DNA of 64,000 nucleotides from contig DKEX01000096.1 in assembly GCA_002452295.1 (NCBI GenBank), positions 16,349 to 80,348 of the forward strand, given 5' to 3'. A program made the position numbers and the translations under genes. This document shows positions 27,258-39,111 of the stretch, piece after piece (the stretch's first letter is position 1; every line of letters starts with the position of its first letter). The notes beneath the pieces were generated by a model that saw nothing but the letters and a program-made list of their open reading frames with translations, had not been told where the DNA came from and made no database searches. The stretch is from Firmicutes bacterium UBA6811 (GTDB taxonomy: Bacteria; Bacillota; SHA-98; UBA4971).

Positions 27258-28379
27258 ATGCTGCACATGCTTTCGAAGGTCGGCGAGTTCATCGCGTCTA
27301 CCGGGTTTGCGCGCCTCTCGCTCCCGGAGATCGTCATGATAGCCGTGGCGGGCACCCTGTTCTACCTTGCTATCAGGAAAAGGTACGAGCCCCTGCTGCT
27401 TGTCCCGATAGGCTTCGGGATGCTCCTCGCGAACCTTCCCGGGGCCGGCCTCATGGAGAGCGGAGGTTTGCTTCACCATCTGTACCAGGGTGTCAAGCTG
27501 GGGATTTATCCGCCGCTCATCTTCCTCGGGATCGGAGCGCTCACTGACTTCGGCCCCCTGATCGCAAACCCCTTCAGCATGCTCCTTGGCGCCGCAGCGC
27601 AGATAGGCATATTTACCACCTTTCTCGGTGCCATCAAGCTGGGCTTCGCCCTGCCGGAGGCGGCGTCCATCGGCATCATCGGCGGGGCCGATGGCCCGAC
27701 AGCCATCTTTCTCACGTCGAAGCTGGCTCCGCACCTTCTGGGACCGGTAGCCGTGGCGGCCTACTCGTACATGGCGCTCGTTCCAATCATCCAGCCGCCC
27801 ATCATGAAGGCACTGACCACGCCCGCGGAGAGGCGCGTGGCAATGCAACAGCTCAGGCCCGTATCAAAGCGCGAGAGGATCGTCTTCCCGATAGTCGTGT
27901 CCGTGCTTGCCATTCTCCTCGTGCCTTCCGCCGGCGCGCTCATCGGCTCCCTGATGCTGGGCAATCTCCTCCGCGAGTGCGGCGTCACGGACAGGCTGTC
28001 AAAGACAGCGCAGAACGAGCTCATCAACATGGTCACCATATTCCTGGGGGTCACCGTGGGCGCGACGGCGAGCGCCGAAGCGTTCCTGCGTGCCGAAACC
28101 CTGGAGATCCTGACCCTCGGTCTTGTAGCTTTCGCGGCAAGCACGGCGGGGGGAGTGCTCTTCGGCAAGCTCATGTGCACCGCGACGCGCGGCAGGGTGA
28201 ATCCTTTGATAGGCTCGGCCGGGGTGTCGGCGGTGCCCATGGCGGCACGCGTTTCGCAGAAGGTGGGCCAGGAGGCGGACCCGGGGAACTTCCTGCTCAT
28301 GCACGCCATGGGCCCGAACGTGGCGGGGGTCATAGGCTCCGCCCTGGCCGCAGGCGTGTTGCTCGCCGTTCTGGGATGA
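27258..28379 (+). CDS. oadB: Oxaloacetate decarboxylase beta subunit (Na+ pump, OadB/GcdB/MmdB family)
   Basis: It is a multi-TM protein. Motifs [17 protein letters not shown] and [10 protein letters not shown] are characteristic of the family. Confidence 0.9.
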   Translation: MLHMLSKVGEFIASTGFARLSLPEIVMIAVAGTLFYLAIRKRYEPLLLVPIGFGMLLANLPGAGLMESGGLLHHLYQGVKLGIYPPLIFLGIGALTDFGPLIANPFSMLLGAAAQIGIFTTFLGAIKLGFALPEAASIGIIGGADGPTAIFLTSKLAPHLLGPVAVAAYSYMALVPIIQPPIMKALTTPAERRVAMQQLRPVSKRERIVFPIVVSVLAILLVPSAGALIGSLMLGNLLRECGVTDRLSKTAQNELINMVTIFLGVTVGATASAEAFLRAETLEILTLGLVAFAASTAGGVLFGKLMCTATRGRVNPLIGSAGVSAVPMAARVSQKVGQEADPGNFLLMHAMGPNVAGVIGSALAAGVLLAVLG

Positions 28380-28471
28380 GCGTTTGCCTGGCACCGTTTT
28401 CCGCCGCCCGTCACAGGGCGTTTTACCGCCCATCACACGGCGGGCCAAAACCGATTGAGGGGGTTGTTGAC

Positions 28472-29866
28472 ATGCGCGAGATTCCCGTCGGGGGCGCAGC
28501 AAGCCGCCAGGCTGCCGCAAGGCGTGTCACGATCACGGAGACAGCGTTCCGCGACGCCCACCAGTCGCTCCTTGCGACCAGGATGAAGACCGACGACATG
28601 CTGGCGATAGCCGAGAAGGTCGATGAAGTCGGCTATTTCTCTCTGGAGGTGTGGGGCGGAGCGACATTCGACACGTGCCTGCGCTACCTCGATGAGGACC
28701 CTTGGGACCGGCTCCGGGCGCTGAAGGCGAGGATCAGGAAGACGCCCCTTCAGATGCTGCTCCGGGGCCAGAATCTGGTGGGATACCACCACTACCCCGA
28801 CGATGTGGTAGACGCGTTCGTCACGCATGCCGTCGAGTGTGGCATAGACATCATGCGCATCTTCGACGCGCTCAATGACGTGCGAAACATGGAGAAGCCC
28901 ATGGAGGCGGCGAAGAGGGAGGGGGCACGCGTGCAAGCGTGCGTCGTGTACACGCTGAGCCCCGTCCACGACATCGAGCATTATGTCACCACCTCGAAAA
29001 CCCTCGAGAACATGGGCGCCGACTCCGTATGCATCAAGGACATGGCCGGTCTCATCGCGCCGTACGCCGCGTATGACCTGGTCAGGCGGATGAAGGAGAC
29101 GCTTTCGGTGCCGGTTCAGCTTCACAGCCACTACACCAGCGGGATGGCGTCCATGGCTTACCTCAAGGCGATCGAGGCAGGCGTGGACTGCGTGGACACG
29201 GCCATCTCCGCGCTTGCCCTCGGCACGAGTCAGCCTCCGACCGAGACAATGGTGGCGGCACTGCGAGGCACGCCATACGACACCATGCTGGACCTCGGGG
29301 CGCTTGCGGAGATCAACGCCCACTTCGCCCGCATAAAGCCGAATTACCAGAAGGTGGCCGCTCCCGTCATCGTCAACGCCGAGGCGCTTCGCTGGCAGAT
29401 CCCCGGAGGCATGCTCTCGAACCTGCGCGCCCAGCTCTCGAGCCAGGGCATGCTGGACAAGCTCGACGCGGTGCTCGCCGAGGTGCCGAGGGTCCGCGAG
29501 GAGATGGGGTACCCGCCTCTCGTCACCCCGATGAGCCAGATAGTTGGCACGCAGGCGGTGCTCAACGTGGCGACGGGCGAGAGGTATGGCGTGAAGTCGC
29601 GCGAGATCAAGGATTACGTGCGAGGGCTTTATGGAAGGCCGCCCGCTCCCATCTCGGACGAGGTTCGGAAGATGGTCATCGGGGATGAGGAGGTCGTCAC
29701 GATAAGACCCGCCGACCTCCTGGAGCCGGAACTCGAGAAAGCGCGCGAGGCGGTGAAGGACTACACCGAGAAGGACGAGGACGTGCTGACCTACATCATG
29801 TTCCCCGAGGTCGCGATGGATTTCTTCCGGAAGCGGGCGGGGAAGGGCGACGGGAGTCCCGTCTGA
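28472..29866 (+). CDS. oadA: Oxaloacetate decarboxylase alpha subunit / pyruvate carboxylase subunit B-type carboxyltransferase (no fused biotin domain)
   Basis: It has the HMGL-like TIM barrel VTITETAFRDAHQSL and the PYC_OADA conserved region. The GAGGGGG RBS is 8 nt upstream of ATG 28472. Confidence 0.85.
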   Translation: MREIPVGGAASRQAAARRVTITETAFRDAHQSLLATRMKTDDMLAIAEKVDEVGYFSLEVWGGATFDTCLRYLDEDPWDRLRALKARIRKTPLQMLLRGQNLVGYHHYPDDVVDAFVTHAVECGIDIMRIFDALNDVRNMEKPMEAAKREGARVQACVVYTLSPVHDIEHYVTTSKTLENMGADSVCIKDMAGLIAPYAAYDLVRRMKETLSVPVQLHSHYTSGMASMAYLKAIEAGVDCVDTAISALALGTSQPPTETMVAALRGTPYDTMLDLGALAEINAHFARIKPNYQKVAAPVIVNAEALRWQIPGGMLSNLRAQLSSQGMLDKLDAVLAEVPRVREEMGYPPLVTPMSQIVGTQAVLNVATGERYGVKSREIKDYVRGLYGRPPAPISDEVRKMVIGDEEVVTIRPADLLEPELEKAREAVKDYTEKDEDVLTYIMFPEVAMDFFRKRAGKGDGSPV

Positions 29867-29894
29867 TTGCCCAGGCGATCTCAGAGGGGAGCGA

Positions 29895-31712
29895 GTGCTA
29901 ATGTGGGAAATCGCCGGACGCCGACCTCTCCACGAGGTTAGCCGCGAGCTCGTGGCGACCGCCATGGGGCGGGAGCCTGCGGACGTGGTCATCCGCGGGG
30001 CGCATCTGGTGAACGTGAACACCGCCGAGATCCACGACGGCGTGGACGTCGCGGTGCGTCTCGGCCGGGTGGCTCTGGTTGGGGACGCATCGCGTTGCGT
30101 AGGCGATGGCACGCGCATCATCGAATCTGGCCAGTTCTACCTGGCCCCCGGGTTCATTGACGGGCACGTCCACGTCGAGAGCAGCATGGTCACTGTGGGC
30201 GAGTTCGCGAGGGCCGTCGTGCCCTGCGGCACCACGGCAATATTCATGGACCCGCACGAGATCGCGAACGTGCTGGGCGTGGAGGGCGTTCGCCTCATGC
30301 TCGAGGAGGGGCGGGGCCTGCCGCTCAAGGTCTTCGCCACGATGCCGTCGTGCGTTCCGGCAGCGCCCGGGTTCGAAGACGCTGGCGCCGCCATCGGGCC
30401 CGACGACATCCGGGAGGCTATGACATGGCCCGGGGTGGCGGGTCTCGGTGAGATGATGAACTTCCCGGGAGTGCTCGCTGGCGACGAGGCCGTCCACAGG
30501 GAGATCGAGGAGACCCTGAAGGCAGGCAAGGTCGTCACCGGACACTACTCCGTCCCGGACACGGGGCCAGACCTTTCGGCGTACGTGGCAGCGGGGGTCG
30601 CATCGGATCATGAGTCCACGCGCCCGGAGGATGCCCTTGCCAAGCTGCGCCTGGGCATGTACGCAAAGCTGCGCGAGGGATCGGCGTGGCGGGACATCAA
30701 GGCCACCATGAAGAGCTACACCGAGACCGCGATAGACCCCAGGCACATCGTGCTCGTGACAGACGATGCGCATCCAGACACCCTCATCTCCCTGGGGCAC
30801 GTGAACCACGTGGTGAGGCGGGCCATAGAGGAGGGGGTGCCGCCGGTGCGGGCTATCCAGATGGCCACCATCAACGTGGCAGAGTGCTTCAGGATGAGCC
30901 AGGACATCGGCAGCATCGCGCCGGGCAGGGCGGCGGACATCCTTTTCATCCGAGATCTCGCAGACCCGCGCCCCGAGATGGTGATGGCCGACGGCAAGAT
31001 CGCGGCCGAGGGCGGGCGAATGGCCGTCGATATCCCGGCATTCAGATACCCTGAGGCCGCGACGCGCTCCGTGCGCCTTGCCAGGCGCCTCGAGGCCGGG
31101 GACTTCCGCATCAAGGCCCCGGGCGGGGGCGGCGGGGCCGGGCGCGCCGCCCGCGTGCGGGTCATCGAGGTCATCGAGGGCAGCGCCGTAACAAGGCATG
31201 TGGAGATCGATCTTCCGGTTGATGATGCCGGCGAGGTGGGCGCGTCGCGCGAAAAGGACGTGGCGAAGGTCGCGGTCATAGAGCGCCACAGGGCGTCGAG
31301 GAGCATGGCCGTGGGCCTCGTGCGTGGTTTCGGGCTCGCGGATGGGGCCGTCGCGTCCACGGTGGCCCACGACAGCCACAACCTCCTCGTGGTGGGCATG
31401 GACAGTCGCGACATGGCCGTGGCCGCCAACGCCCTTGCAGATGCGGGCGGCGGGATGGTGGCAGTGCGGGGCGGCGAGGTGCTCGCCATCCTGCCCCTGC
31501 CCATCGCGGGCCTTATGTCTGACGAGCCGGTGGAGAGGGTCAAGGCCGGGGTCGAGGACCTCGCTCGGGCCTGGAGGATGCTGGGCTGCACCATGGCCTC
31601 GCCTTTCATGACCATGGCGCTAGTTGCTCTGCCCGTAATCCCCGAGCTTCGCATTACCAACCGGGGGATCGTTGACGTGCTCCGGTTCAGGTTCGTGGAC
31701 CTGTTCGTGTAG
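29895..31712 (+). CDS. ade: Adenine deaminase
   Basis: It has the amidohydrolase metal site GFIDGHVHVESS and is 605 aa. The alternative ATG at 29901 is possible. Confidence 0.85.
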   Translation: MLMWEIAGRRPLHEVSRELVATAMGREPADVVIRGAHLVNVNTAEIHDGVDVAVRLGRVALVGDASRCVGDGTRIIESGQFYLAPGFIDGHVHVESSMVTVGEFARAVVPCGTTAIFMDPHEIANVLGVEGVRLMLEEGRGLPLKVFATMPSCVPAAPGFEDAGAAIGPDDIREAMTWPGVAGLGEMMNFPGVLAGDEAVHREIEETLKAGKVVTGHYSVPDTGPDLSAYVAAGVASDHESTRPEDALAKLRLGMYAKLREGSAWRDIKATMKSYTETAIDPRHIVLVTDDAHPDTLISLGHVNHVVRRAIEEGVPPVRAIQMATINVAECFRMSQDIGSIAPGRAADILFIRDLADPRPEMVMADGKIAAEGGRMAVDIPAFRYPEAATRSVRLARRLEAGDFRIKAPGGGGGAGRAARVRVIEVIEGSAVTRHVEIDLPVDDAGEVGASREKDVAKVAVIERHRASRSMAVGLVRGFGLADGAVASTVAHDSHNLLVVGMDSRDMAVAANALADAGGGMVAVRGGEVLAILPLPIAGLMSDEPVERVKAGVEDLARAWRMLGCTMASPFMTMALVALPVIPELRITNRGIVDVLRFRFVDLFV

Positions 31713-31882
31713 GGCGTGGCGCAGGGCGGGAAGGGAGACGGCCATGCGCCACGAAAGAGCATCCAACCGGCCGGGATGACCGGTTTGAAATGAGCACCGG
31801 CAGGTGCGCGAGGTCGACGAAGCCAGGTGGTGAAAGGCCACCCGGCTTTCAACGCATCGTCTCTGTTCCGGAGGCTGCTCCC

Positions 31883-32578
31883 CTACTGCGGCATCTGGAA
31901 CATCCCCGAGAACTGGCTGCCGAGGTGCACGCCGCCCGCTGATATGCCCACGATGATCAGCCAGAGCACCAGCGTTGCCACGAAGGACTTCGGCGGTTTG
32001 ACGTTCCACAGCCTGGCGAGGGCTATGGTGCTCAGTGCTATATAGATGAGGCCGAACACGTTTACGCTGTTCAGCACGACCCCGAGCGGCGTGGCCGCCT
32101 GTTCAGGAGAAAGGCCCATCCCGAGGCCAAGCGTGACCGCGTGCCCCGTGGTGACCATGGCGACGGCCGTGACGATGCCGGCGAGCACCTGCGTGACGTT
32201 AAGGTAACCTGAGACGGCCAGGCTCTGGAAGAACGTCGCTCTCGCGCCGAGGAGCGACCCCACGCCCATGAACACCAGGGCGCGAATGGGCCACCAGATG
32301 AACAGGCTGATAAGCGCCCCGATGACGCCGCTCGCCACTATAACGGCGTGGGGAGGCATGGGGACTCCCGCCGGAGTTGTCTCCGGGAGGCTGCCGAGGG
32401 TTGAAAGGACGGTCACGACTGCGAGTGCCCCGCTGATGAGGATGAAGATCACCGGCCCCGCGGCGTCAGGCTTGCGGACTATGTCGTCGAACGTGGCGCC
32501 AGGGTCGATGATCGCACCCGCCATGCGCGCGATAAGGCCTTTCCGGGGCTCGACACCACCATTTGTCATGTCAAACAT
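31883..32578 (-). CDS. Yip1-domain integral membrane protein (second Yip1-like paralog in the window)
   Basis: It has five to six hydrophobic segments and an N-terminal cytoplasmic region with a DIV motif. Confidence 0.45.
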   Translation of the reverse strand: MFDMTNGGVEPRKGLIARMAGAIIDPGATFDDIVRKPDAAGPVIFILISGALAVVTVLSTLGSLPETTPAGVPMPPHAVIVASGVIGALISLFIWWPIRALVFMGVGSLLGARATFFQSLAVSGYLNVTQVLAGIVTAVAMVTTGHAVTLGLGMGLSPEQAATPLGVVLNSVNVFGLIYIALSTIALARLWNVKPPKSFVATLVLWLIIVGISAGGVHLGSQFSGMFQMPQ

Positions 32579-32869
32579 CTCTCCCTTGCTTCCGGCTGGC
32601 CGATGTGCGGCCTACACTTGCAATGTATTCCTCGAAAGCCGAACTCTTTCCTTCATGTTTGACGCTACCTGCCCCTCGCTTATTCGAACCATTTGCAGGC
32701 CTCAAGCCCGCGCCTGATAGCGGGCGTTAAGAGTCCTTTTCGAGGTCGCGGGGCAGGTGCGCAGGATGTGAGAGGTCAGGGGAGAAGACAACATCATGCG
32801 CGGCGAATAAGTTCGGAAGGGGCGTCGTCAAAACACAATGGGTAAACGGCGCTGGCCGAAGGGAGTGTC

Positions 32870-34330
32870 TTGAGGTTGTCAGGCAAGCGAAAAACGATCC
32901 TGGTTGTGGTGGGCCTCGTGGCGATCGTGGTTGCAACGATAGTTAGCAGCAAGATCGTGGGCGGGAGGAAGCCCAGCTACACAGTGGACACCGTCAAGGT
33001 GGAGCCCAGGGAGCTTCGGGTAACCGTGTCGGCGCCGGGCACGGTCGAGCCCATCTCCACAGTGGAAGCAAGGGCCCGGGTGACCGGGCGCGTGGCGGAT
33101 GTCCTGGTGAAAGAGGGCGACGTGGTGAGAGAGAGGCAGGAGATCGCCCGGCTCGACCAGTCGGATATCCTCGCCCGACTGCAGCAGGCGAAAGCGGCCG
33201 TGGCATCCGCCGAGGCGGACCTCGCACAGCTTGGTGGCCCGACCTTCGGGGAAGCGGAGAAGCCCCTTGAAGAGCAGCAAGCCGAGGCGCAGCTTGCCGC
33301 CGCGAGGGCCCGGCTGGCCGAAACGAAGCGCGGGCCGTCCGAGGCCCAGGTGGCCCAGGCCCAGGCCCAGCTCACCCAGGCAGAGACCGCCCTTACGGAT
33401 GCCGAGAGGAACCTCGAGGCGATGGAGGCCCTCTATAAGGAGGGGGCGGTGGCAAAGGCAGCGGTCGACGAGGCGAGGGCGAGGCTGACCAACGCGAGGG
33501 CAGGGCACGAATCGGCGAGAAAGCAGTATGAGACGCTGCTTGCATCGCCCACCAGCGAGCAGGTGAAGATGGCCGAAGCCCAGGTGAGGGAGGCCGAGAT
33601 CGCCCTCGCCATGGCGCGTGAGCGCGAAGTCTCGAAACACAAGGCCAGGCAGGCCGCAAGAGCCCGTCTCGAGCAGGCCAAGGGGAACCTGTCTCTCACC
33701 TGGGCCGAGCTTGCCGGCGCGTCCATCACCGCGCCTGCCGCTGGAACCGTGATAAGCGTGCCTGTCAAGAGGGGAGCCGTGGTGACCGACGGGATGCCGG
33801 TGGCGACCCTGGCGCGGCCAGGCGGCGTGAGGGTGAGGGCGCGTGTAGACGAGACCGACATCGTCGCGGTTGTTGCCGAGGGCCACCAGGTTACCTTCAC
33901 CACGGATGCCATCGCCGGCACTGAGTTTACCGGCAAGGTCGCCGAGATCGCTCCCGCCGCGGTCGCCGACGGCACCATTCCCAGGTTTTCGGTGCTCATC
34001 GATGTGGACGGCGCCCCGGCACAGCTTCTGCCCGGGATGAGCGCCGATGTGGAGATCGTGACCTACGCGAACCCGAACGCCCTCATTGTCCCGCTCCAGG
34101 CGATCCTGGAGCGGGACGGGAAGAAGGTCGTGTTCGTGCTAGACGCTGAAACCTCTACTGCGAAGACGGTCCAGGTAGCGATCGGCCGGGAGAGCCTCAT
34201 GGATGCCGAGGTGCTGGAGGGGCTCAGGGCGGGCGATGAGGTGGTGGTCGGGGATGCGGCGGTCCTCAAGAAGCTGGAGGACAACGACCTCGTGAAGCGC
34301 AGCGAGCAGAAGAAGGGTGAGAAGAAGTGA
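32870..34330 (+). CDS. HlyD-family periplasmic adaptor / membrane fusion protein (YknX/MacA-like) with a long coiled coil
   Basis: There is an N-terminal TM and an extended alpha-helical coiled-coil (AQ/AE-rich). The C-terminus has beta-barrel and MP domains. It is followed by ABC ATPase and permease genes. Confidence 0.75.
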   Translation: MRLSGKRKTILVVVGLVAIVVATIVSSKIVGGRKPSYTVDTVKVEPRELRVTVSAPGTVEPISTVEARARVTGRVADVLVKEGDVVRERQEIARLDQSDILARLQQAKAAVASAEADLAQLGGPTFGEAEKPLEEQQAEAQLAAARARLAETKRGPSEAQVAQAQAQLTQAETALTDAERNLEAMEALYKEGAVAKAAVDEARARLTNARAGHESARKQYETLLASPTSEQVKMAEAQVREAEIALAMAREREVSKHKARQAARARLEQAKGNLSLTWAELAGASITAPAAGTVISVPVKRGAVVTDGMPVATLARPGGVRVRARVDETDIVAVVAEGHQVTFTTDAIAGTEFTGKVAEIAPAAVADGTIPRFSVLIDVDGAPAQLLPGMSADVEIVTYANPNALIVPLQAILERDGKKVVFVLDAETSTAKTVQVAIGRESLMDAEVLEGLRAGDEVVVGDAAVLKKLEDNDLVKRSEQKKGEKK

Positions 34331-35025
34331 TCGTCGTGCAGGATGTCGAGAAGGTATACCGCACCGGCACGGTGGAGGTGGCTGCGCTGCGCGGGGTGTC
34401 CCTCGAGGTCAAGGCCGGCGAGTTCGTCTCCATCATGGGTCCGTCCGGCTCGGGAAAGTCCACGCTCATGAACATCCTGGGGTGTCTTGACAGGCCCACG
34501 CGCGGAACCTACCGCCTTGACGGAAGGCTCGTGAGCGACCTTTCCGACGATGAACTCGCCGAGGTCAGAAACAGGAAGATAGGCTTCGTGTTTCAGATCT
34601 TCAACCTGCTCCCCCGGGCGACAGCCCTCGATAACGTGGAACTGCCTCTGATATACGCGGGGGCTCCTCCTGCCGAGCGCAGGCGGAGGGCGCTGGAGGC
34701 GCTGGAGGCTGTGGGCCTCGGGGAACGGACCAGGCACAGGCCGAGCGAGCTCTCTGGTGGCCAGGCCCAGAGGGTGGCCATCGCGCGGGCGCTCGTCACT
34801 GCGCCCGCCATCATACTGGCGGACGAGCCCACCGGCAACCTCGACAGCAAGGCCGGCGAGGAGATCATCCGCATGCTCGAGGGCCTGAACGAGCGGGGCA
34901 TGACGATCGTGGTGGTCACCCACGACCCCGACATTGCGACGCACACCGACCGCGTGATCCGGATAAGGGACGGCAGGGTCGCGGACGGCGACGGCGCCGG
35001 GGAAAGGGAGGGGGACGGAACTTGA
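34327..35025 (+). CDS. ABC transporter ATP-binding protein (MacB/YknY-like)
   Basis: It has [24 protein letters not shown] and [11 protein letters not shown]. The start overlaps the upstream stop. Confidence 0.9.
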   Translation: MIVVQDVEKVYRTGTVEVAALRGVSLEVKAGEFVSIMGPSGSGKSTLMNILGCLDRPTRGTYRLDGRLVSDLSDDELAEVRNRKIGFVFQIFNLLPRATALDNVELPLIYAGAPPAERRRRALEALEAVGLGERTRHRPSELSGGQAQRVAIARALVTAPAIILADEPTGNLDSKAGEEIIRMLEGLNERGMTIVVVTHDPDIATHTDRVIRIRDGRVADGDGAGEREGDGT

Positions 35026-36218
35026 GCCTCTATGAGTGCATCAGGCTGGCCCTTGGCAGCCTGCGCGCCAACAAGATGCGGTCGGCCCTGACCCTGCTCG
35101 GCATCGTCATCGGAATCGCCTCCGTGATCACGATGATGTCCATGGGCGAGGGCGCAAGGAAGCTCGTGACAGGCGAGTTCGTGGGCATGGGCGCGAACCT
35201 CATATTCGTACAGCAGGACTACACCCGCCAGGACGTCATCTGGGGCCACATGAAGCCGCTCACGATCGAGGATGCCGACGCCATACGGAAAGCGTGCTCT
35301 GCCGTAACCGATGTCAGCGTCACCAAGGTGGGGCCGGCCACAGTGAAATACGGCACGACCCGTCAGAACGTCAACGCCACATTCACCGACGACGGCCTTT
35401 CTTCGACACAGGGCGGGACGATTGCAGAGGGAAGAACCCTCAGTGAAATTGATGTCAGAGCCCGCCGCCCTGTCGCCGTGCTCGGCGGAGGACTTGCCCG
35501 AAAGCTGTTCGATGGAGGAAGCGGCGTCGGCGAGAAGGTCAAGATAAACGGGATCTCCTTCGTCGTGGTTGGTGTGATGAAGGAGCAGGGGAGAACGATC
35601 TTCCGGGACAATACCGCAGACATGTCGGTATACCTTCCGATAAGCCACGCCCGTCGAATGACCGGGAACGATGACGTTGCCGCGCTCACGGCCGAGGCCG
35701 TGGACGTGGCCCATGTCAGGCAGGCGACCGACCAGATCAATGCCGTCCTGGCGCGAAAGTACGGCGAAAACCCGCCGTTCATGGTCATCAGCAGCTCAAC
35801 GATTCTGAAATCTGCAGAGACCGTCACGAGCATATTCACTGTAATACTTGCCGGCATAGGCAGCATATCGCTGCTGGTCGGCGGCATAGGCGTGATGAAC
35901 ATCATGCTGGTGTCGGTGACCGAGAGAACACGCGAGATCGGCATAAGGAAGGCGGTGGGAGGCAAGAGGGGAGACGTCCTGAGGCAATTCATCGTCGAGG
36001 CCGTGGCGCTGTGCCTTGTGGGAGGGGCCGTCGGCACTCTCCTCGGAAGCGGCGGCGCCGCGCTCGTGGCGAAGCTGGCGAAATGGCCGACCTACGTGTC
36101 GCCGCTGGCGGTGTTCGTGGCGTTCTCCTCTGCGACCGTCGTGGGGGTGGTCTTCGGGGTGTACCCCGCCTACAAGGCCGCGAATCTCGACCCCATCGAG
36201 GCCCTTCGATATGAATAG
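35022..36218 (+). CDS. ABC transporter permease, FtsX/MacB-type (YknZ-like)
   Basis: It has an N-terminal TM, a large extracytoplasmic MacB_PCD-like domain, and a C-terminal FtsX four-TM bundle. Confidence 0.85.
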   Translation: MSLYECIRLALGSLRANKMRSALTLLGIVIGIASVITMMSMGEGARKLVTGEFVGMGANLIFVQQDYTRQDVIWGHMKPLTIEDADAIRKACSAVTDVSVTKVGPATVKYGTTRQNVNATFTDDGLSSTQGGTIAEGRTLSEIDVRARRPVAVLGGGLARKLFDGGSGVGEKVKINGISFVVVGVMKEQGRTIFRDNTADMSVYLPISHARRMTGNDDVAALTAEAVDVAHVRQATDQINAVLARKYGENPPFMVISSSTILKSAETVTSIFTVILAGIGSISLLVGGIGVMNIMLVSVTERTREIGIRKAVGGKRGDVLRQFIVEAVALCLVGGAVGTLLGSGGAALVAKLAKWPTYVSPLAVFVAFSSATVVGVVFGVYPAYKAANLDPIEALRYE

Positions 36219-36390
36219 AAACCAACGGAGGTTCCTGTAACCAGTCGCAGGTTTTGGAGATTCGGCGCCCGACGTGTCGGTCGATTGTTTCGGGGCGGGT
36301 ACAATTTCCGTCAGGTTCTCCCCATGCCCCTGTGGTATCATCCTCGCGGGATAGCCGCAGGCGGTGACACGCGAAAAGGGGGAACGGCGA

Positions 36391-39039
36391 ATGGCGAAAC
36401 GCACCATGCACCGGGCTTTCGGCGATACCATGAACCTGGGAGGCACACGCGAAAGGGCGGCCACTGGTCCCGGCTCGGATGAGCCCGTGGTACGCAGGAT
36501 GCACGTCTCAAGGGGCCGGACGCGTAACCGGCGATCCCTGCCCTTACGGGGTGGCGGCGGGAGCGGAGCCGGTGGGGGCAGGCGAGCCTGCGCCTCCTGG
36601 TCTGGAGCTGTCTCGCCCGAGTCTGTCATCTCCAGCGTCGTCGGGTTTCTTCTCGGCAGGGCGACCTTGCTGGGTGCAGCTTCGCCGTTTGGCATCGCCT
36701 ACCTTGCGAAGGTGGCTTCATCGAGGAGCGACGCAGTGCTTCTGACGGCCGCCGGGGTCTTTCTGGGCATGGCAGGGCCGGTCCTGAACACGCGTACGAT
36801 CTGGCCGGCGCTCCCGGTGGTCCTCATCGCCGCCGCATGCCACGCCATGTCAGAACGGATCAAGGCAAGGCCTATCCTTCTGCCTGCCGTCGTCTTCTCG
36901 CTCGGGTTTGTGGTTCCCGCGGCCGTAAAGGCCCTCATGCACGTGTCAGCGTTTTCGCTCCCGGTAGCTGCCCTGGAAGCCGTCATCGGCACGCTCGTCG
37001 CAGCCATGCTCGCCTGGGGTGGCGCCCACCAGGGGAGCCCGGCATTTCCCCGACAAGACGCCGTCGGCCTGGAGGAGATCGCCTCCTTCGGCCTGCTCTG
37101 CGCCGGGATGACCATGGGCCTCGCGGGGATCGAGTTTCGCGGGGTGCCTGCTGGCGCGGTGGCGGCCGGCCTTGCGACCATCGCCATGGCGTTTGCGGGG
37201 GGCGGCGCCCCGGGGGCAGTGTGCGGGGCATTGATGGGCCTCTCGTGCGCCGTGTCCGGGCAGGGACCGACCCCCATCGTGGGGGCGTACGCCATAGGAG
37301 GGTTTGCCGCGGGGGCGCTCCGCCATTACGGCAAGATCGCCGCCGCAGCGGGGTTCTTCGCCGGAGCCGGGCTTCTGGTGTTCCAGGTGGCGACGGGCGC
37401 CGAGGTGCCTGCGTTCATGGGGCAGATCGCCACGTCGGGCGTCGCGTTCATGTTCATTCCCCGCAAGTACCTGTACAGGGTGAGGAGGCTGCTTCCGTCG
37501 ATCCCCAACAGGCCGGCGGACGGAGATGCCCACGCCCGGCGGGTGCAGGAACTCCTCTCGAGGAAGCTCCGCGACTTCTCGAAGGTCTTTGATGAGCTGT
37601 CCTCGATGCTAAGGCAGGCTCCCTACGACCCCGAACTTGCGGAGCGGGCCGATGTGGCGTACATCCTTCACCGGGTGGCGTCGTCATCGTGCAGTCGTTG
37701 CCGGTCATACCTCTTCTGCTGGCAGGACGCTTTCCACAGGACGTTCCGCGATGTGCTGAACCTGGTCGCCCTGGCCGAGATCAAAGGGACCGTGGACCCG
37801 TCCGAGGTCAAGGGGCAGTTGCGACGGCGGTGCATCGATATTCCGGGGCTGGTTGCGGCGGTGAACGGCACCACGGGCGGCTACCGTCAGAACCTGACGT
37901 ATTCGAAGCGGCTCGCGGAGGGCCGCCAGATGCTGTCAGGGCAGTTGCAGGGGGTCTCCACCATCCTTCAGGGGCTCGGCGAGGACGTCTGGCAGAGCGT
38001 CGAGTTCGAGACATGCTCCGAGGAGAAGATCGCGAGGGAGCTTTCACGCTTTGGTCTCGGGGTCCCCGAGGTGAGCGTGGTGGCCGGGAACAGGGGCCGG
38101 CTGGATGTGACGATCAAGAAGGGCGCATGCTGCGGCGATGAGGAGTGCCGGAAGGCCATCGCCCCGCTTGTGTCGCGGCTTCTCGGCCGCGACATGGAGG
38201 CGTCGAGAGTTCGGTGCGGGGCCAGGGGCGGATTTCCCACGTGCGAGGTGCTTCTCTCGCAATCGCGGGTCTATGGCGTGGCCACAGCCGTGAGCGTGCT
38301 CGCAAGGGACGGCGGGGCCGTGTCCGGGGACACGCACTCGGTGCTCGAGCTCGCTGACGGCAGGATGGTGTTCGTGCTCAGCGACGGTATGGGCGCAGGC
38401 GAGACCGCCGCCGTCGAAAGCTCCACGGCGGTCAGCATGCTCGAGAGGCTCCTCGAGGCGGGGTTCGACGACGAGTTCGCCGTAAAGACCGTGAACCTCA
38501 TCCTGCTCCTCCGGTCTCCAGGCGAAACCTTCGCCACGCTGGACGTGGTCACGGTGGACCTTGGCACGGGCAACGCCCAGTTCATAAAGGTCGGCTCGCC
38601 TCCAAGCTTCATAAGGACCAGCAAGGGTGTGAAGGTGATCGAATCGGCAACGCTACCCGCCGGGATCTTCGATGTAATAGAGGTGGAGAAGACCCACATG
38701 AAACTCGGCGACGGTGATGTCCTCGTGATGGTGAGCGACGGCGTGCTGAACTCCGTGGAGCACCCGCAGGGAAGGGAGGAGTGGCTCCGACTGGCGCTCT
38801 CGCGCCTGTCGTCGGAGCAACCCGACGAGATCGCCCGCCTTATCCTCGATAGATCCCGGCAGTATGGTAAGGGCCGGCCGGCCGACGACATGACGGTGCT
38901 GGTTGGCCGCGTGTACCGCCGTTTCGCTGAGAGAAGGGCTCGGCGCAATTCCGGCTCCCCGGACCGTGCGGCCCGATGGGTCGCGGGAGGGGCACCCCAG
39001 GGCGGCCGGGTCGTCGTTCCGGTGAAGGTGAAGGCATAG
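36391..39039 (+). CDS. spoIIE: Stage II sporulation protein E (SpoIIE), polytopic membrane domain plus C-terminal PP2C phosphatase
   Basis: It has about 10 TM segments, then a PP2C domain (VLSDGMGAGETAAVESS...VMVSDGV). The AAAGGGGGA RBS is 8 nt upstream of ATG 36391. Confidence 0.85.
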   Translation: MAKRTMHRAFGDTMNLGGTRERAATGPGSDEPVVRRMHVSRGRTRNRRSLPLRGGGGSGAGGGRRACASWSGAVSPESVISSVVGFLLGRATLLGAASPFGIAYLAKVASSRSDAVLLTAAGVFLGMAGPVLNTRTIWPALPVVLIAAACHAMSERIKARPILLPAVVFSLGFVVPAAVKALMHVSAFSLPVAALEAVIGTLVAAMLAWGGAHQGSPAFPRQDAVGLEEIASFGLLCAGMTMGLAGIEFRGVPAGAVAAGLATIAMAFAGGGAPGAVCGALMGLSCAVSGQGPTPIVGAYAIGGFAAGALRHYGKIAAAAGFFAGAGLLVFQVATGAEVPAFMGQIATSGVAFMFIPRKYLYRVRRLLPSIPNRPADGDAHARRVQELLSRKLRDFSKVFDELSSMLRQAPYDPELAERADVAYILHRVASSSCSRCRSYLFCWQDAFHRTFRDVLNLVALAEIKGTVDPSEVKGQLRRRCIDIPGLVAAVNGTTGGYRQNLTYSKRLAEGRQMLSGQLQGVSTILQGLGEDVWQSVEFETCSEEKIARELSRFGLGVPEVSVVAGNRGRLDVTIKKGACCGDEECRKAIAPLVSRLLGRDMEASRVRCGARGGFPTCEVLLSQSRVYGVATAVSVLARDGGAVSGDTHSVLELADGRMVFVLSDGMGAGETAAVESSTAVSMLERLLEAGFDDEFAVKTVNLILLLRSPGETFATLDVVTVDLGTGNAQFIKVGSPPSFIRTSKGVKVIESATLPAGIFDVIEVEKTHMKLGDGDVLVMVSDGVLNSVEHPQGREEWLRLALSRLSSEQPDEIARLILDRSRQYGKGRPADDMTVLVGRVYRRFAERRARRNSGSPDRAARWVAGGAPQGGRVVVPVKVKA

Positions 39040-39111
39040 CTGCCGTGGATATGGTATAATCGCCCTGAGAGGAGCGTGCCCGGCTAGCCGGCAGATCTGG
39101 GTGGCATCGCA